Shown here one piece after another: positions 55,141 through 64,000 of a stretch of 64,000 nt of DNA. The position numbers and the translations under genes were made by a program. How positions within the stretch are numbered: position 1 is the first letter of the stretch; every line of letters starts with the position of its first letter. Under the pieces are notes generated by a model. The model ran no database searches, was not told where the DNA came from, and saw only the letters and a list, made by a program, of their open reading frames with translations. Source of the stretch: Paraspadella gotoi (lineage: Eukaryota; Animalia; Chaetognatha); NCBI GenBank assembly GCA_051294375.1, contig CM119268.1, positions 20,363,747-20,427,746 on the forward strand. Reading direction: 5' to 3'.

Positions 55141-55888
55141 ATATCTCGATCAAGAAATTTCAATTGATGAAATGAATGCCATTGCAATGTAATCATTGCA
55201 GTCTCTGTAGTCAATTACCAGGAAAATACTGTTAAGTCGATTAACAATATAGCATTACCTTGGACAGTATTCATTTCTAAGTAATACTCAAATGGCGCTT
55301 TTTATACAATTAAAAACGGTTTATAAAAGCGTTATACTTTACCACTTCGTTCATAGGGAAGGCATGTCAACTGAAAGCTAGCTGGGTGGATGGAGACCCT
55401 TACACCTTTACACCTTTCGCCTGTTCAAAGTCAGGGGCAAGCGAGCATATTTATAGAAAGGAAGGATAAGTTTCAAATCATAGCTGAGAATTTATTCGGT
55501 CTTTGCATACCAGAAGAAAAAATTGAAACATAGTAGAAATAATAATTTATTCATGATGAAATAGCACAAGTTTTGTTTTGTTTTGGTTGTACCAATTTCA
55601 TAAAAAACGATAGTATTGATTCTAATGAACTAATTCTAATTAATTCTAATGAACTAATCTAAAAAGTACCCCTGCCAATTTTCTCCCCAGATTTACTTTC
55701 CTATCCTACAGCCCCCTTAGGCTTAGCACCCCCAAATTTACCCCGCAAATGTCCCCTCGTCCTTTTTACTTCTCTCTCGAACTCTCCATATTCGCGACAG
55801 GAAATATTTTCTTGTCGTGAAATTATCAGAGGATTACCCTCCCTCCCCTCTCTCGTGCTCGTTCTCTCTCTCCTCTCTCTCTTCTCGC

Positions 55889-55948
<60 letters not shown>

Positions 55949-55989
55949 CTCTCTCTTGCCGGCCAAAGGATCAAACGGTTGATGAGGCC

Positions 55990-56195
55990 GACGAACACAA
56001 CGTCAGCTCGACAGAAGACGACGACGACGAAGAAGAAGAAGACAAACGACGACGACGAAGACGAAGAAGAAACAACGACGACGACGACGAAGACGAAGAG
56101 AAGACAACGACGACGACGACAACGACAGCGAAGAGAAGACAACGACGACGACGAAGAAGAAGACAACGACGACGACGAAGAAGAAGGACGACGAA
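55990..56195 (+). repeat. (GAC/GAA/AAC)n trinucleotide low-complexity tract
   Basis: Seen directly; gives poly-D/E/T/R ORFs in all frames. Confidence 0.8.
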
Positions 56196-56893
56196 TGTTG
56201 TTATTTATGTTTAATTATTGTTAAAAAAGTTATATAAACATTAAATAATTTAAATTAAAACCGTCGCAATTATATTATTATGAACTATCATAAACAAATA
56301 CTCGAACGAGACTCACGACTGAGGGCGGGAGGGGATTTTAAGGGGGGGATGGACGGTTAGGGGTCTAGAGAAGGGGGGGGGGAGATTTATCCCCCCTCGA
56401 TCTGAATTCGGAATCCGAAAAAGCAGAAGACCCGAATCTTCGCTTGATTAGCAGCGTTTATGCAAAAGTCGCCCCCCCGCGGTTGACACTGAGGGAAAAG
56501 AAAGGAAAGACAAGAAACCAGAGAGAGAGAGAAGAAGGGAAGGAATTAGGTAAAGTAGGAAAAAAAGGAGAGGAAAATAAGAAGCGAAGAATGGGAAACG
56601 TTACAGAGATTTGGAAAGAAAAGTAAAGAGAAGAAAAGAGAAGAAAGAATCATAGAATCTCAAAGAAATCTCAGAGAAAACGAGCTTAAGTTATGATCGA
56701 GAAAAGAAGACGATGAAAAAGTCAGCCAAGGACAGGCAAGCAAAGAGACAATCAAACTAACGGACAAACAAGCACAGATAAACAACATCTAAAGAAGAAG
56801 CGACTTAAAAAGCAGTAATTCAGTCTTCTCTCCTTTTTCCTCCAGAGGTCGACGCACTTTTGGAAGACAGATGTCACCGCTGCTGGCCTTCTC

Positions 56894-56984
<91 letters not shown>

Positions 56985-57454
56985 TCACCCTCTAATCACC
57001 CCACTTTCCCCCAGATTGTTTCTCTCCCTCTCCATCTCTCATTCCCCCCCGGATTGATTAGGATTTAACAGGGTTTAGCTTTTTTTACTCTCGTTGTAAA
57101 ATCAACTCGAATTAACTCGTTTACACTTTTTTTTCTTCTTTTGTTTGGAATTTCCAGGTTTTTTTTTGTTTTTTTCGTAAACTTTCTTTTGGAATTTAAT
57201 TCTTTCTATCGGATTTAATCACTTCTTTTCTAATCAAACGGAATTTTTTTTCAATCGAATTTGTTTGAGTTTTTTATTTTTCCGCTTAATTACTTAAGCT
57301 TTTTTTTTGCGTCTGGGGATTAAACTTCAAAACAGTTTGATTGACAAGATATAATAATTTCAACAAACGAATGTAAGTAACTTTTAAAATACTTATTTCT
57401 AATGTGTAATTTCTATTTGTAATGTAGGTAAATACGTATTGGCTCTCGTTTAAA

Positions 57455-57486
<32 letters not shown>

Positions 57487-58239
57487 GGAGGGAGAGAGAG
57501 AGAAAAAAGAAATTTCAGGTCATCAGAGAAATAATTTATTGCTGAATCAAAAGATATAACCCCCCCCCAAAACTGATTCGATGAAAGCAGCCAAAGAATC
57601 TGACCGTCCCCGACCAAGACTCACCTCAACCTCCCTCTCCTCCTCCTTTCCTCACCCAAACCTCACCCAAACCTCACCCGGGCTTTTCCCATTTATTTGA
57701 GCCATAAACAAAAGGGAGTCGGAATTTTTCTTAAACGATTGACTCCCGGGTTTGAAGGAGGAGGAGGAAGAAGGAGGAAGAANNNNNNNNNNNNNNNNNN
57801 NNNNNNNAAAAAGAGAAAAGAGACTAATTTATTACTGTAGATAATTGTTGATATTATTGCATTATTAAAGTTACGCAAATTTTAACATTGTTGTACATTT
57901 CGAATGTAATATATTTTAAGGCACTGTCTCTCTCTCTCTCTCTCTCCATTTCAATTTCTTGGTTCATCAAACTACTCTGTCCTCACCTTCACCTGGTCCC
58001 TAATAAAACTGAAACAACTATCTTTTTCTCAAAATCTCTGTGTTGAAACTTTGGCTCTGTCTCTGCTCTCATCTCTCTCTTTCTTAGCACAAATTCTCTT
58101 CAAATTCACCAAATTGAATTGGCGCTGAAGAAGACTCTGTATGTGTGAGGCGAAACGATGTCCGTTTCACTAATGAATAAAATCGTTGTACAATTCTGCT
58201 CTTCAAACTTTGTTCTAAATCAAGATCAACAACGGAATA

Positions 58240-59057
58240 AACAGAAAGGAAAAAAAAGACGACAGAGAGAGATAAAAATAATAAAAAAGTTTTTAGAAAA
58301 AAAAAATAATCCACGAAAATCTCGGAGAATAAATTTGGGGTTTTGTATTCAAGAAAAAAGTAGGCGTGATAAACAATTCAAAATTGTTTATTAGTTGATT
58401 AAGCATCAATATACACTTTCTATTTTTTTTTTTTCAATTGATAATTAAGACTGAAGGTCCTTTTGGTTCATCGAGTTCAAAATGAGTTAAAACCTTATTT
58501 TTTTGCTATTACTCTGAAATAATTAATTGAGATTGATTATTGATTTGTATGAAATGAAACTCGATCGCTAATACAGAAGGTAAACTATTTTGCAATAATG
58601 AACGGTCAAGAAATATTATAATCTTCTATTAAAAAAATAATAGTTGACATAATCAGTTAACAGACTATGATGATTTTGACTTCCAAAATTTTTTTTACTT
58701 ATTAAAAATAAATTTTATTTCAAATCATCTTAAAAAATTTTGAATCTTGATGAAATTTTAGATTGTTTTATATTTTTTATATTATATATTTAATTTGATA
58801 TTAATCCGCGCATTGCCGGATATATAGGCAGGTATCGCCTAGCTTTCCCAAGTTGATGTACAGTATGACTTGCCTGCATGTATAAGTTATTTTTTTCTCC
58901 CTTTTTCTAAAAATGAAATTCACAGAAAATCTCGGATGTAATTTTGGGGATTTTGATTGAAGGAAAAAAAAATGGCGGATTAATAAGTTTTTAGAAGGAA
59001 AGAAATAATGTAAGAAATTTTTCAAAAAACAAAAGATTGTATGAGAAAGAAAGACAA

Positions 59058-59092
<35 letters not shown>

Positions 59093-59916
59093 GAGATGAG
59101 ACAAAAGTGACAAAGCTGCGAAGAACCGCTGTAAGGTCACGCAGAGCCATGAACTCGTTGGCAGAAAAAAGAATAAAAATAATATCATATTTAAATGAAT
59201 TGGATAATTTTTTATGGTTGTGCCTAATTTTTTATATATATATATCACTATTTTTAAAGAACATAAAAGATAAGGCAAAAAAGATGTTACAATTGTTTTA
59301 TACAAATTGGAAATTTTCGCAAATTTTTCTCAATCACAGCTTTGTAAAAGATTTTATTTTTATTTGTTTTAAAATTAAGACATTATAGCTTTTTCATTAA
59401 AAAAGTTCCTTTGAGTTCCCATTTTTATTATAGATTTTAAATAAAAAATTTTTGAATTTACATCTTTTCAAGTATTAATATACTGCAATATGTAAATTAG
59501 ATTTAAAAGCATTTCTAATATAAACTAATATTGGATACTTATAATGAGTACTAATACATCTCATTTGCATATTGCAGTAAATCAACAATTGAAGTGGAAA
59601 ATTCAAACAAAAATACTTAAATCCAAATTGTAATAGAAGAATATTCAGAGCTATTTCAGAGGAATGAGAAGCCATAGTCTAATTTTTAACTTACGTGATC
59701 GCACACTTTTAAAAAAACTTTCATCGTAATTTAATACATAATTTTTATATTATAAAAAAAACGGTAAAGTCTCCAGCCCAAAACTATTAAAAGCATAGTA
59801 AGTTTTTATACAAAAAAGCCGTTGACGCCTGAACGACGACTGGACGAACGTCACAAACAGAAGCTGACCCCGAATCAATATCCGAGCCTGGACCGGCTTC
59901 GCCGGTCAGGCTCGAT
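58240..59916 (-). mobile_element. HINE-like family C, degenerate or noisy reverse copy (left boundary approximate)
   Basis: Reverse complement of the family C 5' hairpin at ~59880-59916 and of its body upstream. Confidence 0.55.
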
Positions 59917-61219
59917 AAAAAGCATAATCAAGTTAAAGAAATAGATTTTTGTTTTTTCTTTTAACTCATTTCGCAATTAAAGCGATTCCATCAAACTTGA
60001 TATCAGATCTCGGCTAAAAAGCTGTGATATTGACAGGTTTGGACACAGTCAAGAAACAGAAAATAGTTGCTAATTTGGAGGATCAAGTATGATTCTGAAG
60101 GCGAAAAATCGGATGAATAATTTTGTAAAAAAATCTAATAACCCCTTTATATATTTAAAAGCGCCAAGGGAAATAAAAATACAGAGAGGATAGTGATTCG
60201 TTGTGGTATAAGGTTATAGCACCAATACGTTTATTTTACTCAGCTGCTTTTATTTTTGACTGTGGGAAAAATCTTCAGGACTTTATCTATATATGATACC
60301 GAAAAAAGTACGTAAAGGATACTTTTTTAAGAGTCAGGTTGGCAAAAATTAAAACTAATTAAAATTTCTTGAATAGTTATGTTTGTTTTTAATTTTTAGA
60401 TCAAATAAAAAGTGATGCAAGAATTAAATTTGCTATTTCTGGTTGTGAATGCTTGTCATTTTAATTAACTATATATCTAAGAGCCTTTGCAGTGTTTTTA
60501 ATTAAGATTATATTATTCTCCTTTTGCAAGATCTGTGCTCTTAAAATGTTGGATACGTGATATAAAAAGTAACGGATTATGTCTATATTTTTGGGAAAGA
60601 CAGGTTATTATTCTTGGATATCTACTTAAGATTACATGTTTGGAAGGTATGTTTTTTAAAAAGTGCTCACTATCATCGTTTTCATTTAAATTTTTTGACT
60701 GAAAGCTGAGATTAACAAGCAGGTCTAAAAATGTTACCTGGTTTATTCCGCATCGTCCAATCTCAAATTAGATCTAAATCATGTAAAAAAATGTCTGCCA
60801 AACCCTGTGTTTGCAAGCACTTATTGATCGATTTTACAGAAAAACTAAGATGGAAAAAGATTAAGCTAGCATATGAGGGGACCTAAATTTGTGCTATAGT
60901 GCTAAAGTTCTGTTAAAAACTAAGTTTGAAAAAATTGCTAAGGCTACTAATACAGGGTTTAAGCAGTCCAATTATAATTCCATTTAAATAATAAAGAAGC
61001 AATTCAAGATTTGACATTATAAACGTATATAGACAAACGTGAGGAGCAAGACGTGAATAAGCGAGGACAAACGTTTAAAATCATAAAGAGAAATTTAATT
61101 AATTAATTTCACAAATATATTTCAATATTCAACAATAATATATTACGCGTGCCTGTTGCATCAATATAATCATAGAAAAACTTAGTTTCAATAAGTTTAA
61201 AATCTCTAAATACTACTTT

Positions 61220-61965
61220 TGTAGTCGAGCATGCCTTAGGTTCACGCCTGCTAAGAATCAAGACATCTTTCAGTCTGTCGACCGGTTGGTTCATTGAGTA
61301 AAAGCCAATCAGCTTCATGACCACTTAGGTACCTTGGGTTCAATCCCAACGCGCGGTACCTACCGAGCGGATGAAGCGTGTGAGGACGGCCGGTAAGCTC
61401 TTGGGGGGAATGGCAAACTCCTCAGCCTGGTCCAAGCCCAGTACCCGTTTCCAGGCTGCTAGAGGGGTTATAGAAGTTTACGGACAGTCATCTTCCAGCT
61501 CCACGTAGCGCCTAAATCGCAGCACTGGTGAGCCATGCCTGTTGAGCGTTATTCCAAACCTTCTGATTCCAGGACCTTGGATCTATCGCTGAAGATTGCT
61601 CCCCTCCCTGGAAGCAAGTTGCACGGTGGGTCTACAATTGGGGGGGCTAATGTAGTCGGGCATTGCCTTAAGTTCGCGCCCGCCTAGAATCATGACCATT
61701 TCAGTTGTGACCTTCGGTGGTCTCATTGAGTAAGCCATCAGCTCATGACCACTTACGGTACCGGGCTTCAATCCCAACCCACCGGTATAGTTCCTTACCC
61801 TGCGGGAAGCTATGAGGACCCCGGCCGTAAGCCGCCTTGGGCATGGCAAACCCTCAAAGCTGCGTTCCAAGCAGGACCCGTTTCCATGGCTGCTAGAGGG
61901 TGGCGGTTATTTGAAAGAAAGTTGAACGGACAGTCAATCTTCAGCCCACGTAGCGCCTTATCACA
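61220..61965 (+). mobile_element. Family 2 miniature LTR element: LTR ~61220-61521, PBS 61526-61535, PPT 61640-61646, LTR 61651-61965
   Basis: ~300-bp indel-rich direct repeats TGTAGTCG...ATC(G/A)CA with TG..CA ends; TGGTGAGCC follows LTR1; G7 precedes LTR2. The TSD is not clean. Confidence 0.8.
61365..61450 (+). ncRNA. Candidate P5-type twister ribozyme in family 2 LTR1 (second copy ~61802-61881)
   Basis: GCGG..GA-GGAC..U^AA-GC..P3 (GGGGGG/CUCCUC)..CUG-GUCC-AAGC-CCAG..CCGU; GUCC/GGAC pseudoknot. Sequence is noisy. Confidence 0.55.
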
Positions 61966-62734
61966 ATCTTTTGACCAATTAAGAAACTAGAATTGAGGTT
62001 AGGAAAAATAAGGAAACTTTAATTTTAAAGTTTTTTTAAACCAATGAGGAAGGGAAGGATTCTGTCTCTAAATAATAAATAAGGGTCGTTTCTTCGATTT
62101 CGAACATGGACAGAGGTTTAAACTCAGCATTAAAATCATTAAATATCTTCTAACACATACTGTATCAATATTCGTATTCATACTCTTAGTCACTTGTTAT
62201 TGTATATACGTATATATTGTATTCATACCTAGTCAACTTGTTTATTGTATTCATAGCGAAAAATTAAATCTCGTGAAAAGAGAAATAAAAGTGCAATGAA
62301 ATGGAAAAAAAATGACATTCAGGGTTGCAGGAGCGAAATAAAATAAGGAGAGTGGCCAGAAAAGAAGTCTGTTCTGTACTCTCTCTCTCTCTCTCTCTTC
62401 TCTCTCCTCTCTCTTCTTTCGCATCTCGTTATTTTTTCAACTGAATATTTTTTCTCATATCGAAATTCCTTTCGCTTACGAACGACGTTTCCCGCGCTCG
62501 CCCGGAAAATTTCGATTACGAAAAAAATATATTTCGTTTTTGGTTTATAATAAAAAGAAATAGAAAATAAAAAAGTTTGAATTTTTGTCAATTTCTCTGC
62601 TTCGTCCGTATTTGCCATCAAAAATAAATAAAATCTGCGTGTCGTGTAATTTTTCTCTTAATTCGCTGTTCCTGCTGCGTTTTGTCATATTTGTCTCTTA
62701 AATTCCGTCCGTTTTTACTTTTGTGACATGAAGT

Positions 62735-63080
62735 TCCTCTCCTCCCTATTCTTCCTCCTTTCCTTCTTCTTCCCACTCCTCTCCTTCTTCCTCCTCCTCT
62801 GTTCCTCCTCCTCTTCCTCCTTCCTCCTCCCTCCTTCTCCTCCTCCTCCTCATTCTTCTCCTTCTCCTCCTCCTCCTCCTTCTTTCTTCCTTCCTCCTCC
62901 TCCTCCTTCTTCCTCCTTCTCCTCTCCCTCCTCCTTCTTCCTATCCTCCCCTTCCTTCGTTGCCTCTTCCTCCTTCTTCCTCCTCTCCTTCTCTCCTCTC
63001 CTCTTCTTCCTCCTCCTCTTCTCCTGAGAAGGAGGAGGAGGAAAAAGAAGGAAGGAGGAAGAAGGAGGAGGAGGAACTTC
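62735..63080. repeat. (CCT/CTT)n tract turning into (GGA)n at the centre of an inverted duplication
   Basis: The ~62170-62735 flank recurs inverted at ~63075-63240 and ~63425-64000. Confidence 0.7.
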
Positions 63081-63736
63081 ATGTCACAAAAAGTAAAAAC
63101 GGACGAATTTAAAGAGACAAATATGACAAAACGACAGACAGACGAATTTAATTTTTGATTGGCAAACGACGAAGAGAGAATTGAAATTCAAACTTTTTTT
63201 ATTTTTCATTTCTTTTTATTATAACCAAAAAAAATAATTTTTTNNNNNNNNNNACGATAAGCGGTAAGCGGTAATCTGCTAATCAGATAATAAATCACGA
63301 TAATTGTCTCAATTCATGATCCCAACTGGTCAGAACAGATCATATCATACCAAACCAATGGCTGCGCTGCATGCATAATTTTTTCAACTGACAATCTCTT
63401 CTGTCTGAAAAATATTCTGTCCAAACTTCATGTCACAAAAAGTAAAAACGGACGAATTTAAAGAGACAAATATGACAAAACGACAGACAGACGAATTTAA
63501 AGAGACAAATATGACAAAACGACAGACAGACGAATTTAATTTTTGATTGGCAAACGACGAAGAGAGAATTGAAATTCAAAATTCAAACTTTTTTTATTTT
63601 TATTTTCTTTTTATTATAACCAAAAAAATAATTTTTTTTCTGAAATGGAATTTCGCGCGGGAAACGTCGTTCGTAGCGACAAAATTTCGAATGAAAAATT
63701 CAGTTGAAAAAAAATAACGAGATGGAAAAGAGAGAG

Positions 63737-63771
<35 letters not shown>

Positions 63772-64000
63772 TTCTTTTCTGGCCACTCTCCATTTATTCG
63801 CTCTCAACCCTGAATGTCATTTTTTTTCCATTTCATTGCACGTTTTATTTCTTTCACGAATTTAATTTTTCGCTATGAATACAATAAACAAGTGAACTAG
63901 GTATGAATACAATATGAATACAGTATGAATACAATAAACAAGTGAACTAAGTATGAATACAATATGAATACAGTATGTGTTAGAGATATTTAATGATTTT

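Noticed and set aside
62170-64000. Large inverted duplication as a fold-back element
   Set aside because: It spans an N-gap, arms differ by scattered indels and one arm is repeated twice; an assembly or read artefact is more likely.

Overview
AT-rich, repeat-dense eukaryotic (invertebrate-like metazoan) genomic DNA with spliceosomal introns and three N-gaps; sequence after ~57.8 kb looks error-prone. Genes: a CD225/dispanin-family gene with two duplicated last exons (404-7589 +), PHYHD1 (7874-10046 -), ARF6 with an intronless CDS (13556-14083 +), Rap1 (16649-17714 +), a secreted two-WAP-domain gene (53752-55140 +) and a broken Ty3/Gypsy RT fragment. The rest is MITEs, Helentron-associated (HINE/DINE-1-like) elements and simple repeats. 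Main finding: two sequence-unrelated families of miniature non-coding LTR elements (LTR - tRNA-Trp-like PBS - short internal region - PPT - LTR). Each LTR appears to hold a tRNA-like Pol III module followed by a P5-permuted twister ribozyme. Family 1 has 4-bp TSDs and solo LTRs. Neither family has a TTTT on the sense strand. The inferred product is a ~420-435 nt monomer cut out by two twisters that could circularise: a twister-based LTR retrozyme. All folds were made by eye and are untested.
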